In this document: piece after piece, positions 7,990 to 17,209 of the stretch
How the letters are laid out: each line of letters starts with the position of its first letter
Position numbering within the stretch: the first letter of the stretch is position 1
Virus record (IMG/VR): IMGVR_UViG_3300037423_001122
Span: 1-30,116 of that record
Length of the DNA stretch: 30,116 bases
Strand: one strand, 5' to 3'
Source: a virus
Taxonomy: Duplodnaviria > Caudoviricetes
The notes under the pieces: generated by a model
Told to the model about the DNA's origin: nothing
Databases searched by the model: none
The model's input: the letters and a program-made list of their open reading frames with translations, nothing else
Translations under genes and position numbers: made by a program

Positions 7990-8370
7990 ATGCCTAAAGC
8001 CGCGCCGAAACCGTGCGTGCGCTGCAACACGCTCGTGCGCGACGGCAGCAACCGGTGTGATGCACACAAGGTGCGCGAGGGAACCTTCTCGGACCGCCGC
8101 CGCGGCACGCGTCACCAGCGCGGCTATGGCGCTGCGTGGGATAAGAAGCGGCAGGGCGTGCTGGCCCGAGACGGCGGCCTGTGCCAGCCGTGCCGGCGCG
8201 CTGACCGCGTCACCGTGGGCAACATCGTTGACCACACCGTCCCGAAAGCAGCAGGCGGCAGCGACGACGAGGAGAACCTGCAGACGATCTGCCCGGACTG
8301 CCATACCGAGAAGACCAACATTGAGAAGCGCGGCGGCATCGCCGCCTGGCCGTTGGTCCCGACCCGATAA
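7990..8370 (+). CDS. HNH endonuclease (HK97 gp74-like terminase cofactor)
   Basis: RGYGAAW...LCQPC...VDHTVPKAAGGSDDEENLQTICPDCHTEKT; upstream of cos. Confidence 0.95.
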   Translation: MPKAAPKPCVRCNTLVRDGSNRCDAHKVREGTFSDRRRGTRHQRGYGAAWDKKRQGVLARDGGLCQPCRRADRVTVGNIVDHTVPKAAGGSDDEENLQTICPDCHTEKTNIEKRGGIAAWPLVPTR

Positions 8371-8493
8371 CCACACGAGCGCGTGACGCGGGGTGCATCC
8401 CTGCGAGTGCATAGGGGCCGGCCATGTGGCCGGCTCCTGCAGCGTGTGCTGACCAGTTCCACAACCTGCGGCCACGCCGCGCAAGGAGAAGCC

Positions 8494-8718
8494 ATGGCCA
8501 TCGTTCGTGCCAAGTTCAAGGTCATCAACGTCACCGAGTCCGAAGGCGGGCACAAGCACGCGCGGCTGCACCCCGTGACCAGCGGCAGCCGCGAGAACGA
8601 AGAGTTCTACAAGTACACGCCCGGCGGTGCCATCGATCTGGGCACGCTCAATCCGCAGGCTGCTGAGCAGTTCGTGCCGGGCCGCCAGTTCTACGTGGAC
8701 TTCACGCCGGCTGACTGA
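8494..8718 (+). CDS. Small conserved-looking phage hypothetical protein (74 aa)
   Basis: AAGGAG RBS, strong codon bias; VRAKFKV...ENEEFYKYTPGGAIDLGTLNPQAAEQF.PG..FYVDF. Confidence 0.85.
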   Translation: MAIVRAKFKVINVTESEGGHKHARLHPVTSGSRENEEFYKYTPGGAIDLGTLNPQAAEQFVPGRQFYVDFTPAD

Positions 8719-8809
8719 CGCCGAGCACTGACTGATCGGGCGGGTGGGGGCCGGCCAGGCGGTCGTCCCCCTGCAGTGTTCGCGCATGACCCGGCCGGCT
8801 TGGCGTGCT

Positions 8810-8880
8810 GGGGTGGGGCGGGTCAAAAGTCTGGCGCCTCGCCGCTAAGGACCGACCGGTTCCCTTGATTTTTATGGGGA
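8810..8880 (+). other. Putative cos site (3'-overhang type); cut near GACCGGTTCC 8854-8863
   Basis: G-run, GGTCAAAAGTCT, GGACC-N~10, then TTGATTTTT between HNH and terS, as in HK97/D3-like phages. Confidence 0.6.
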
Positions 8881-8979
8881 ACGAAAACTACCCCCGGGGG
8901 GTTGAAGGCAATAGAGGCTCCAGGAAGCGCTGAAGCGCTCAGGGGCGCGCGCGCACTCCCGGACCACGAAAGGCGCTCT

Positions 8980-9468
8980 ATGAGCACGAAACCACCGTCG
9001 TTCGGAGTCGGCGTGCCGCCCTCTGGGCCAGGAAAAACGACCTCGGCCGGCACTGATGTCCAGTCACCGGACCCGCCGCCGTGCACGGACATGAGCGACC
9101 GTGAGGTCGCTCTCTTCGAGCACATCTGCCAGATGCTGCGCGAGGCTGGCATCGAGCACATGACGGCTGGTCTGCCGATCGTCGTCATCGTCAAGACCTA
9201 CGACCAATGGCTGGAAGCGCTCCAGCTGTGTGATGACCGCGGCCGCTACCGCACGGCTCAAAACGGGTACGTGACGGAGCAGCCATGGGCTCTCGATGAG
9301 AAGCGCCTGAAATCGGAGCTGGGCCAATGGTTGCCGAAAGCGTGCTTGACCATCCCGTCGCTGGCCCGCGTGCGCAAGGACACCGGCGAGAAGAGCGGCC
9401 AGGACGATCTCTTCGGCGACCTGGTGGGGCACGCAAGAAACTCACCCGGGCACAGATCGCCGCACTGA
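8980..9468 (+). CDS. terS: Terminase small subunit (P27 family)
   Basis: Position; PPP..MS..E...F, G......NG....PW, and LT..SLAR patterns. Confidence 0.85.
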   Translation: MSTKPPSFGVGVPPSGPGKTTSAGTDVQSPDPPPCTDMSDREVALFEHICQMLREAGIEHMTAGLPIVVIVKTYDQWLEALQLCDDRGRYRTAQNGYVTEQPWALDEKRLKSELGQWLPKACLTIPSLARVRKDTGEKSGQDDLFGDLVGHARNSPGHRSPH

Positions 9469-11186
9469 CGCCGGCGCAGCCGCAGGAGTGGGACGACGCC
9501 TATGGCCTGCCCGTGCTGCGCGGCGATATCGTTGTCGGGCGTTACGTGTTCTTGGCCGTGCTGCGGCACTACGAGGACATGCGCGATGGCGCAGCCCGCG
9601 GCCTGGTGTTCTCGCCGGAGCACGGTCAGCACGTCATTGACTTCATCCAGCGCTTCTTCGTCCACATCAAGGGCGCGCTGGCCGGCACGCCGATCCTGCT
9701 GGACCCGTGGCAGCGCTTCTGGACTGCCATCCTCTACGGGTGGCGCCGCGTTGGCGACGGCTCGCGGCGCTTCCACCGCGGCTATGAGGAGGTGGCGCGG
9801 AAGAACGGGAAGAGCACCTGGAAGGGGCCGCAGGGCGCATACCTGTTCGGCTTCGCCGGTGAGCCCGGCGCCGAGGTCTATGCCGTGGCCACCACGCGGG
9901 CGCAGGCGCTGACGGTGTTCAAGCCCGCGTTCGACAACATCAAGCGTTGGGCGCGCAAGTCGGCTGGCGTCGCCCGCAGCTTCAAGGTTTTCAATGGGCT
10001 GAACCAGGAGAAAGTCGAGCTGGAGAGCGACGCCGGCAGCTCGGTGTTCATGCCGCTACCGGCCAACGCCGAGAACCTGGACGGCCTCAACCCCTACGCG
10101 ATCCTGTTCGACGAACTGCACGCGCAGCGCACGCGTGACGTGTGGGACGTGATGGAGACCGCGCTGGGCGCCCGGGTTGACCCGTTGCTGTCGGCGATCA
10201 CCACCGCCGGTTACGTGCTCGATGGCATCTGTACTGAGATCCGGCAGTACCTCATCGAGGTGCTGCAGGGCGAGCGCGAGGAAGACGCCTTCTTCGGCTA
10301 CATCTACACGCTCGATCCCGACGATGACCCGCTGGACGAGCGCGTGTGGATCAAGGCCAATCCTGGCCTGGGTCGCTCGAAGACCGTCGAGTACATGCGC
10401 ACCATGGCGCGCAAGGCGGCGGCGCTGCCCTCGGCACTCGCCAACTTCAAGACCAAGGACTTGAACCTTTGGGGCAGCAGCGGGGAGAGTTGGTTTGACA
10501 TCACCGTCTGGGACAAAGGCGGCAAGAAGTTCGACGGGGAGATGTTGCGCGGGCGTCGCTGCTACGGCGGCCTGGACTTGGCCAGCACGCGCGACCTGGT
10601 CGCCTTCGCGCTGGTCTTCCCGCCGGAGGATGAGGGTGGCGACTGGTACGTGCTGGTCTTCTTCTGGTGCCCGCAAGCCAAGATCGACACGGCCGAGCAG
10701 GACGACCGCGCCAACTACCGCGCCTGGCAGAAGGCGGGCTGGCTTGTCGGCACGCCGGGCGATGTCACCGATTACGGGCCGGTCCGGGAAAAGATCCTGT
10801 GGGCGCGAGACACGTTCGACTTGGTGGAACTCGGCTTCGACCGTTGGAACGCGCAGCACCTGGCCAACGAGCTGATGGAGAAGGACGTGCCGTTGGTGGA
10901 GGTGCCACAGAACACCGGTGGCATGTACCCGGGCAGCAAGGCGTTGGAGCAGCTGGTGTATGGCAAACGTTTGCACCACTGCGGCAATCCGGTGCTGCGC
11001 TACTGCGCGGGCAATGTCTGCCTGCTGATGGACACCAACGACAACTTCCGGCCAGACAAGCGCCGCAGCCGGCCGAACGGCCGCATTGACGGCATCGTCG
11101 CAACCGTCATGGCGCTGAGTCGAGCCGTGGCGCCAGCTGGCGAGCGACCTATTGACGACTTTCTCAACGCGCCTATCGCCACATGA
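9327..11186 (+). CDS. terL: Terminase large subunit (start uncertain)
   Basis: LDPWQ adenine motif, Walker A RKNGKS, Walker B ILFDE, ITTAG, GLDLAS and RIDG nuclease motifs. Confidence 0.97.
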   Translation: MVAESVLDHPVAGPRAQGHRREERPGRSLRRPGGARKKLTRAQIAALTPAQPQEWDDAYGLPVLRGDIVVGRYVFLAVLRHYEDMRDGAARGLVFSPEHGQHVIDFIQRFFVHIKGALAGTPILLDPWQRFWTAILYGWRRVGDGSRRFHRGYEEVARKNGKSTWKGPQGAYLFGFAGEPGAEVYAVATTRAQALTVFKPAFDNIKRWARKSAGVARSFKVFNGLNQEKVELESDAGSSVFMPLPANAENLDGLNPYAILFDELHAQRTRDVWDVMETALGARVDPLLSAITTAGYVLDGICTEIRQYLIEVLQGEREEDAFFGYIYTLDPDDDPLDERVWIKANPGLGRSKTVEYMRTMARKAAALPSALANFKTKDLNLWGSSGESWFDITVWDKGGKKFDGEMLRGRRCYGGLDLASTRDLVAFALVFPPEDEGGDWYVLVFFWCPQAKIDTAEQDDRANYRAWQKAGWLVGTPGDVTDYGPVREKILWARDTFDLVELGFDRWNAQHLANELMEKDVPLVEVPQNTGGMYPGSKALEQLVYGKRLHHCGNPVLRYCAGNVCLLMDTNDNFRPDKRRSRPNGRIDGIVATVMALSRAVAPAGERPIDDFLNAPIAT

Positions 11187-12433
11187 TTCCCTTCATTTCC
11201 ACGCTCCGCGGCTGGTTCGGTCGCGGTGGCGGCGCCCTGGGCGAGAGCGAGGGCCAGCAGACCGGCCTGCCGTCAATGTCCCTTGTCGACGACGTCGCCA
11301 CCATCGGCCCTGACCAGGCGCTGCAGCTCAGCGCCGTCTGGGCCTGCGTGGACCGTCGGGCCAAGGTGGTCGCGTCGCTCCCGTTCTTTGTCTACAAGGA
11401 CGTCGGGTCCGGCAAGCGCGAGCTGGCCCGCGCCGCCAGGCTGTACGCGCTGCTGCACGACACGCCCAACCGTCGCATGACGCCCTACCAGTTCTGGGTG
11501 GCCATGATGATGAACCACGACCTGCGCGGGAACGCCTATGCGCGCATCGATCGCGACGCGCGCGGCGAGGCGCTGAGCCTGTGGCCCATGCCGGCCGACC
11601 AGGTCGAGCCTTACGTCATGGATGACGGCTCCATGGTCTACCTCTACCGCATCGGCGGCGACGTGGCGGCGCTGGCCGAGGAGAACGTGCTGCACCTCAA
11701 GGACCTGGGCAATGGCACGGTGGGGCTTTCGCGCCTGGAGTACATGCGCGCCACGACGACGGAGGCGGCGCGGGCGCAGGAGCAGGCGCAGCGCCTCTTC
11801 GGCAACAGCGGCAAGCCCACTGGCGTGCTGATGGTTGACTCGGTGCTCAAGCCCGACCACCGCAAGTCCCTGCAGGAGCGTTTTGCCGAAATGGCCACGG
11901 GCAACACGTCGCGGCTGTACGTGCTGGAAGCTGACATGAAGTACCAGCAACTGAGCCTCTCGCCTGAGGATCAGCAGCTGCTGCAGACCCGCCAGTTCAG
12001 CATCGAGGAGGTCTGCCGTTGGTTTGATGTGCCGCCAGTGCTCGCGCACCACGCCAACGTCACCACCTGGGGCTCCGGCATCGAGCAGATCATGGACGGC
12101 TGGCACAAGCTCACCATCCGCCCCATCCTGGTCAGCATTGAGCAGGCGGTGCGCAAGCGAGTGCTGACGTCTGCACAGCGTGTCTCGTTCACGGCGGAGT
12201 TTTCGCTGGATGCGCTGCTGCGCGGCAATGCCAAGGACCGGTACGAGATCTACGCCAAGGCTGTGCAGAACGGCCTGAAGACCCGCAACGAATGCCGGCA
12301 GCTTGAGAACGACCCGCCGATTGCGGGCGGCGACCAGCTGACGGCGCAATCCAACCTCCTGCCGCTGGACAAGCTCGGCACCATCAACACCGGAGGCCGC
12401 AATGCTGCTGCGCAAGACCCTGTCGCTCAATGA
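11183..12433 (+). CDS. HK97-family portal protein
   Basis: SAVWACV, PN..MT...FW, LRGNAY, F.VPP and T.NECR..EN.PPI.GGD motifs. Confidence 0.97.
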   Translation: MIPFISTLRGWFGRGGGALGESEGQQTGLPSMSLVDDVATIGPDQALQLSAVWACVDRRAKVVASLPFFVYKDVGSGKRELARAARLYALLHDTPNRRMTPYQFWVAMMMNHDLRGNAYARIDRDARGEALSLWPMPADQVEPYVMDDGSMVYLYRIGGDVAALAEENVLHLKDLGNGTVGLSRLEYMRATTTEAARAQEQAQRLFGNSGKPTGVLMVDSVLKPDHRKSLQERFAEMATGNTSRLYVLEADMKYQQLSLSPEDQQLLQTRQFSIEEVCRWFDVPPVLAHHANVTTWGSGIEQIMDGWHKLTIRPILVSIEQAVRKRVLTSAQRVSFTAEFSLDALLRGNAKDRYEIYAKAVQNGLKTRNECRQLENDPPIAGGDQLTAQSNLLPLDKLGTINTGGRNAAAQDPVAQ

Positions 12434-13097
12434 CGTTCGCCTGAAGGCCGAGGGCGACGCCGCCACCTTCTCCGGCTACGCCAGCGTCTTCGGTGGCGTG
12501 GATGCCGTGGGCGACACCATCGTCAAGGGTGCCTTCGCCAGCACGCTGCGCACGCACGGGCTGCCGAAGATGTTCTTCAACCACCAATGGTCCATGCCGA
12601 TCGGCAAGTGGACGGTGACCAAGGAGGACGACCACGGCCTCTACGTCGAAGGCGAGCTCACGCCTGGCATGGGCCTCGCGCAGGACGTGCGCGCCGCGCT
12701 CAAGCACGGCACGCTGGACGGCCTGTCCATCGGCGGCTTCGTCAAACAAGGCGACTACGACACGACCGAGAGCGGCCGCGTCATCCGCCGCTGGAGTCGG
12801 CTCATGGAGATCAGCCCGGTGGCGTTCCCGGCCGACGGCGCCGCGCGCGTGGACCTCGGCAGCGTCAAGGGCGAGGAGTTCACTGCCGCGATCGCGGAGA
12901 TCGAGTCGGTGCGAGATCTGGAGAGCTTCCTGCGGGATGCAGGCGGCCTCAGCAAAGGAGCCGCCGTCGCGCTGGTGGCTCGCGCCAAGGTGGTGCTCGG
13001 TGTCGAGGGGGAGCCCGCCCCGGTCACCGCCGAGGCGAAAGCGATGCAGCAGCTGCTGGAGCGCATCAACAAGTTCCAGGTGCCGGGCGTCGCCTGA
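12402..13097 (+). CDS. HK97-family prohead protease
   Basis: FSGYASVF..VD..GD, FNH, PIGKW, DGLSIG, EISPVAFPA. Confidence 0.97.
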   Translation: MLLRKTLSLNDVRLKAEGDAATFSGYASVFGGVDAVGDTIVKGAFASTLRTHGLPKMFFNHQWSMPIGKWTVTKEDDHGLYVEGELTPGMGLAQDVRAALKHGTLDGLSIGGFVKQGDYDTTESGRVIRRWSRLMEISPVAFPADGAARVDLGSVKGEEFTAAIAEIESVRDLESFLRDAGGLSKGAAVALVARAKVVLGVEGEPAPVTAEAKAMQQLLERINKFQVPGVA

Positions 13098-13120
13098 CGC
13101 GCGCATCCCGCAACCCCAAC

Positions 13121-13148
13121 GAGCCGCCTCCGGGCGGCTCTTTCGTTT
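13121..13148 (+). terminator. Hairpin/weak terminator upstream of capsid gene
   Basis: GAGCCGCC-TCCG-GGCGGCTC-TTTCGTTT. Confidence 0.55.
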
Positions 13149-13161
13149 CCGAAGGAAGACC

Positions 13162-14322
13162 ATGACCATCGAATCCGTGATGAAGGGCCTCGAAGGCATC
13201 GAGGCCAAGCTCAAGCAGTTCTCCGACAAGGCCGAGGGCGAGCTCAAGGAGCTGGGCAAGGTGTCGGCCGACACCAAGACCGCCATCGACAACCTGGGCA
13301 CGCAACAGCGCGAGCTGGCCGACCGCTTGGTGCAGCTGGAGCAAAAGGGTGCCGGCGGCGGCGAGCCGGAAGGCAAGGCGGACGAAAGCTGGGGAGCGCA
13401 GGTCGTGAAGGCCGAGGCCTTCAAGTCCTTCGTCGGCGGCTCCACGCAGAAGGCCCGCGTGGAGGTGAAGAACACGCTGACCGGTTCGGACTCCACCGTC
13501 GCGCCGGACCGCAAGCCCGGCATCGTCCCGGGCGCGTCGCAGATGCTCACCATCGAGTCGCTGCTGGCTTCCGCTCCGACCGCCAGCAACGCGGTCGAGT
13601 ACACCAAGGAGACCAGCTTCACCAACAACGCCGCCGAGACGGCGGAAGGTGCCGCGAAGCCCGAAAGCTCGCTGACCTGGACCCTCGTGAACCAGCCGGT
13701 GTCCACCGTGGCGCACTGGATCAAGATCAGTCGCCAGCTGGCCATGGACAACGCCGCGCTGGCCGCCTACGTCAACACCCGCATGCGCTACGGCGTCAAC
13801 CGCAAGGTCGAGACGGCGCTGTGCAGCGGCGACGGTGCCGGGGCCAACATCGGCGGCCTGTTCAAGGCCGGCAACTACACCGCGCATGGCTACGCCGATG
13901 CGGCGCTGGGCAGCACGCTCAAGAAGCTGGTGCTGATCCGCAGGATCATCGCGGACCTGTGGGCCGCCGGCTACCCGGCCGAGGCGATCGTAATGAACCC
14001 GGTGGACTTTGCCGAGGTCGAGATCGATTTGCTGACCACCAACGCCGCGCAGGTCCGCGTGAGCGTGGACGCCGCTGGCGTGATGCGCCTCTTTGGCGTG
14101 CCCGTGGTGCAGTCGGTGGGTGTGACGGCTGACACCTTTGGCGTGGGTGCTTTCAGCCAGTACGGGACCGTCTACAACCGCGAGGGCGTGATCGTGGAGA
14201 TGTCCGAGAGCGACTCGGACAACTTCACCAAGAACCTCATCACGATCCGTGCCGAGCGGCGTCTGGCGCTTGCGGCGGAAGTGCCCGCGGCTCTGCGCGG
14301 CGGTGACCTGACCCCGGCCTGA
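13162..14322 (+). CDS. Major capsid protein, HK97 fold with N-terminal delta (scaffold) domain
   Basis: AAGGA RBS; coiled-coil N-terminus; AEGAAKPES, GDG, NFTKNLITIRAERR. Confidence 0.97.
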   Translation: MTIESVMKGLEGIEAKLKQFSDKAEGELKELGKVSADTKTAIDNLGTQQRELADRLVQLEQKGAGGGEPEGKADESWGAQVVKAEAFKSFVGGSTQKARVEVKNTLTGSDSTVAPDRKPGIVPGASQMLTIESLLASAPTASNAVEYTKETSFTNNAAETAEGAAKPESSLTWTLVNQPVSTVAHWIKISRQLAMDNAALAAYVNTRMRYGVNRKVETALCSGDGAGANIGGLFKAGNYTAHGYADAALGSTLKKLVLIRRIIADLWAAGYPAEAIVMNPVDFAEVEIDLLTTNAAQVRVSVDAAGVMRLFGVPVVQSVGVTADTFGVGAFSQYGTVYNREGVIVEMSESDSDNFTKNLITIRAERRLALAAEVPAALRGGDLTPA

Positions 14323-14358
14323 TAGGAGAGGGCCAGTCGAAAGGCCGGCCCAACAGCC

Positions 14359-14736
14359 ATGGTGCAAATCAAATTCATCGCACTGGGTGCGAACTCGGCC
14401 ATCGGTGCGTTCCAGCCCGGCGACAAGCTGCGCTGCAGCGAAGAGATGGCGCGCCACCTGGTGGAGGAGTCGGGCGTGGCGGAGCGCATCCAGCCCGCAT
14501 CCGATGCTGCGGCCAGCCCGGTATCGGCGCCCGCTGCCGAAGCAGAACGCAAGGCACCTGCCAAGCGCCGGCCGCGTCGTGACGATGTCGGTATGCAGAC
14601 GCAACCCGCCACCGGCGCAGACGGCCAGACCAGCGACGGCACGGTTACCGAACTCGACACCGGCGCGGACGCGCCGCCCGCTGCCGATGCTGCGGCTCAG
14701 GCGGGTGGCGACGCTGCCGCTCAGCTTCACGCCTGA
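14359..14736 (+). CDS. Hypothetical protein after capsid (short domain plus low-complexity tail)
   Basis: PGD..RCSEEMARHLVEE.GVAE motif typical of post-MCP genes. Confidence 0.75.
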   Translation: MVQIKFIALGANSAIGAFQPGDKLRCSEEMARHLVEESGVAERIQPASDAAASPVSAPAAEAERKAPAKRRPRRDDVGMQTQPATGADGQTSDGTVTELDTGADAPPAADAAAQAGGDAAAQLHA

Positions 14737-14843
14737 CCGGTTGTCTCCTGCCTCGCGGCGGCTTTGGCGCGGCACGCCGCCGCGCCCCTTCTTTTCCAGC
14801 CCCGTGCAGACGTCTGCGCGGTGCTCTGAACCGGACTTATCCC

Positions 14844-15236
14844 ATGCCCGTCATCTACGAAGACGACGTCAAGCAATCCCGCCTGCTCGCCGTGCGCGAC
14901 AAGATCGACGCCGGGGGCGGCCCCGGCGTGCTGGAGATCTGCAGCGCCGCGTATGCCGCCGTGCTTGCGACCATCGTGCTCGGCAGCGGCGGCGCCAATA
15001 CTGGCACCGTGAGCGGCACCACGCTCACGCTCGCTGGCTTCCCGCGCAGCGACACGGCCGCCGACGCCTCGGGCACTGCGGCCCTGGCCCGCATCCGCAA
15101 TTCCGCCGGCGGCAGCGTCTTGCGTGGGTTGACCGTGGGCGTGGGCGCCGGCTTCGACGTGCAACTCGACAGCGTGAACATCACCGGCGGCCAGACCGTG
15201 AAGTTGAACAGCGCCTCCATCACGCACGCTGCCTGA
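14844..15236 (+). CDS. Putative virion structural/decoration protein
   Basis: Gly/Ala/Thr-rich beta protein (ADASGTAALARI...GLTVG...DVQLDSVNITGGQTV). Confidence 0.75.
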   Translation: MPVIYEDDVKQSRLLAVRDKIDAGGGPGVLEICSAAYAAVLATIVLGSGGANTGTVSGTTLTLAGFPRSDTAADASGTAALARIRNSAGGSVLRGLTVGVGAGFDVQLDSVNITGGQTVKLNSASITHAA

Positions 15237-15240
15237 CGCC

Positions 15241-16119
15241 ATGTCGCACGCAAACTGGGGCCGGGCCACCGGCAGTGGCGGCACGGGGCCGCAGGCATTG
15301 AGCGCAATTGCGGGCACGCCGAGCATTTACCAGGCTGTCGGCGCCATTGGCGTGCCGTTCAGCTACTCGGCCCGGCATCCGGTCTCGAAGCAAGCGTTGG
15401 AGTGCGGCATAGGCACGCTCACCGACGCCACGACGATGACGCGGCAGCCGCGGCAGACCTGGGACGGCACGACGCTCACGAAGACGGCTGCCGTGGCGCA
15501 GGACCTGCCGGCCGGCGTGCTCATCGACCTGGCGCCCCAAGCTGCCACTGTTGCAGCAGCGCCCACGACGATAGACGCGGCGAACAGTGCAGGCCGGTTC
15601 GTGCTTGACGGGCATCGCACCGTTCCGTCGTCAACGCTGGGCCTCACTTCGCTGCGTGTGTACTGGTTGCCGTTCAGGCTGGACTTCGGTGTCACCGTCA
15701 CGTCGCTCGCGTGCTCCGTCACGACCGCCGGCGGTGCCGGCACGCAGGCCATCATGGGCTTGTACGCGTTCTCCGCCAGCGGCGGCATCGGCGCGCGCAT
15801 TGATGCAACGGCTCCTGTTGCCGTGGATTCAACCGGATTCAAGGCGCAGTCGCTGGCCGGCGGGGCGGTGTTCTTGCCGGCGGGTTGGTACATCGTTGCG
15901 ATCGTTGCATCCGCAGGTGTCACGCTCACCGCGAACAACAACAGTGCATCGCAAGTTGTGGGCAGCACGCCGTTCGGCATGAACGGCGCCGGCCTGGTAC
16001 CGGTGGACTACAAGTACGAGGCGGCCGCATCGCTCGCCCTGCCGGCCGCACCTGGGGCCGTGTCTGTCGTCCCGGTCGGCGGTGCATTCGCGCCGGCCAT
16101 TGCGCTCGGAGTGCAGTAA
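15241..16119 (+). CDS. Putative fibre/adhesin-like virion protein
   Basis: 292 aa; N-terminal ECGIGT..TMTR module and C-terminal beta-sandwich-like region (LPAGWYIVA). Confidence 0.65.
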   Translation: MSHANWGRATGSGGTGPQALSAIAGTPSIYQAVGAIGVPFSYSARHPVSKQALECGIGTLTDATTMTRQPRQTWDGTTLTKTAAVAQDLPAGVLIDLAPQAATVAAAPTTIDAANSAGRFVLDGHRTVPSSTLGLTSLRVYWLPFRLDFGVTVTSLACSVTTAGGAGTQAIMGLYAFSASGGIGARIDATAPVAVDSTGFKAQSLAGGAVFLPAGWYIVAIVASAGVTLTANNNSASQVVGSTPFGMNGAGLVPVDYKYEAAASLALPAAPGAVSVVPVGGAFAPAIALGVQ

Positions 16120-16623
16120 ATGGCTATCGAGTATCAGGAGAAGGGCGCGGGCCTGCATGCGGCAATCGCGGCGTCCGGCCACTGGCTCATGCAGCGGGAT
16201 GGTGCTTGGATCGCGTCCGACGACGCAGCCGTCCAGGCCATCGTCAACGGCTACAGCTTGCAGCAGGCGAAGGACTGGCGCTGCAACGAGGTGGCGCTGT
16301 ACGCGAAAGTGCTGCGGGACACGCTGATGTGGCTGACCTCGCCCCTGGAGGCCGCCAGTTGGCCGCTCAAGCTCGCCGAGGCGCGCGCGTGGGCCACCAG
16401 CGGCGATGCCACGGCTGCCCCGACGCTGGCCCAGGAGGCCAGTTGCCGCGGCGTAGCGCTCGCGGCCATGTGCGGCCTCGTGCTTGCCAACGCGGCCGCT
16501 CTGGCACCACTGGAGGCGGCCATCGCCGGCGCCGACGGCGCGCACCGCGATGCCATCCGCGCCCTTGGCAGTTTCGAAGCCGTGCTCGCCTACGACTACG
16601 CCGCCGGCTGGCCGGCGGGCTGA
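16120..16623 (+). CDS. Tail-fibre-assembly-like (DUF4376-like) protein
   Basis: EAASW..K.AEARAW...APTLA.EA..RG...VLANA...IAG...RDAI pattern seen in fibre chaperones. Confidence 0.65.
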   Translation: MAIEYQEKGAGLHAAIAASGHWLMQRDGAWIASDDAAVQAIVNGYSLQQAKDWRCNEVALYAKVLRDTLMWLTSPLEAASWPLKLAEARAWATSGDATAAPTLAQEASCRGVALAAMCGLVLANAAALAPLEAAIAGADGAHRDAIRALGSFEAVLAYDYAAGWPAG

Positions 16624-16624
16624 C

Positions 16625-17203
16625 ATGTATCTCGCGCTCGGCCCCATGGGCCTGCAGGCCTTGGGCCTGTCGCCGGACGAACAAGCTGTCGTCGCCGGCA
16701 CCGTTGACGTCAGCGAATCGGGTGCAGATACGGCCGTGGCGGCCGGCCAAGTGCTGGTGACCGGCGTACTTGCTGCGTCCGAAAGCGAGGGCGATGCGGC
16801 GGCCGCGGCCGGTCAATTGCTGATCGGTGGCATGTTGCTTGTCGCCGAAGACGGCCAGGACACTGCCGCGGCATCCGGCCAGGTCATTGCCAGCAACGTG
16901 CTCGCCGCAGTTGAAGACGGCGCGGATACGGCAACCGCGGCCGGCCAGGTGCTGGTGACCGGCGTGCTCGCGGCGTCTGAAGGTGGGGCCGACACTGCGA
17001 CTGCCGCCGGCCAAGCACTGGTGACGGGCGTGCTGGTCGCGTCGGAAGCCGGTGCTGACACGGCCTACATCACGAACCTGCAGCGCCGCATGCGCGCCCC
17101 CACCGGTCCGGGCTACGCCCCCGGCATCCCGCATCTTGTGCGACCGGCACACCAAGCCACGCACCGCCCCACCGCTGCCGCGCCGCGGCGGTCAACGAGG
17201 TAG
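16625..17203 (+). CDS. Repeat-containing virion protein (22-aa tandem repeats)
   Basis: ATG 1 nt after the previous stop; five GADTAxAAGQVLVTGVLAASEx units. Confidence 0.8.
   Translation: MYLALGPMGLQALGLSPDEQAVVAGTVDVSESGADTAVAAGQVLVTGVLAASESEGDAAAAAGQLLIGGMLLVAEDGQDTAAASGQVIASNVLAAVEDGADTATAAGQVLVTGVLAASEGGADTATAAGQALVTGVLVASEAGADTAYITNLQRRMRAPTGPGYAPGIPHLVRPAHQATHRPTAAAPRRSTR
16721..17065 (+). repeat. Coding tandem repeat, 66 bp x 5 plus partial
   Basis: Units start at 16721, 16787, 16853, 16919, 16985 and 17051. Confidence 0.9.
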
Positions 17204-17209
17204 AGCTAC

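Noticed and set aside
8738-8822. G-quadruplex-like G runs
   Set aside because: Only three runs per cluster, and G tracts are usual just upstream of HK97-type cos sites.
10056-14775. Long minus-strand ORFs (307, 397, 455, 569 aa)
   Set aside because: Shadows of terL, portal, protease and capsid, with no motifs or RBS support.
16721-17065. CRISPR-like or DGR repeat
   Set aside because: In-frame degenerate coding repeat without spacers; no cas or reverse transcriptase gene in the window.
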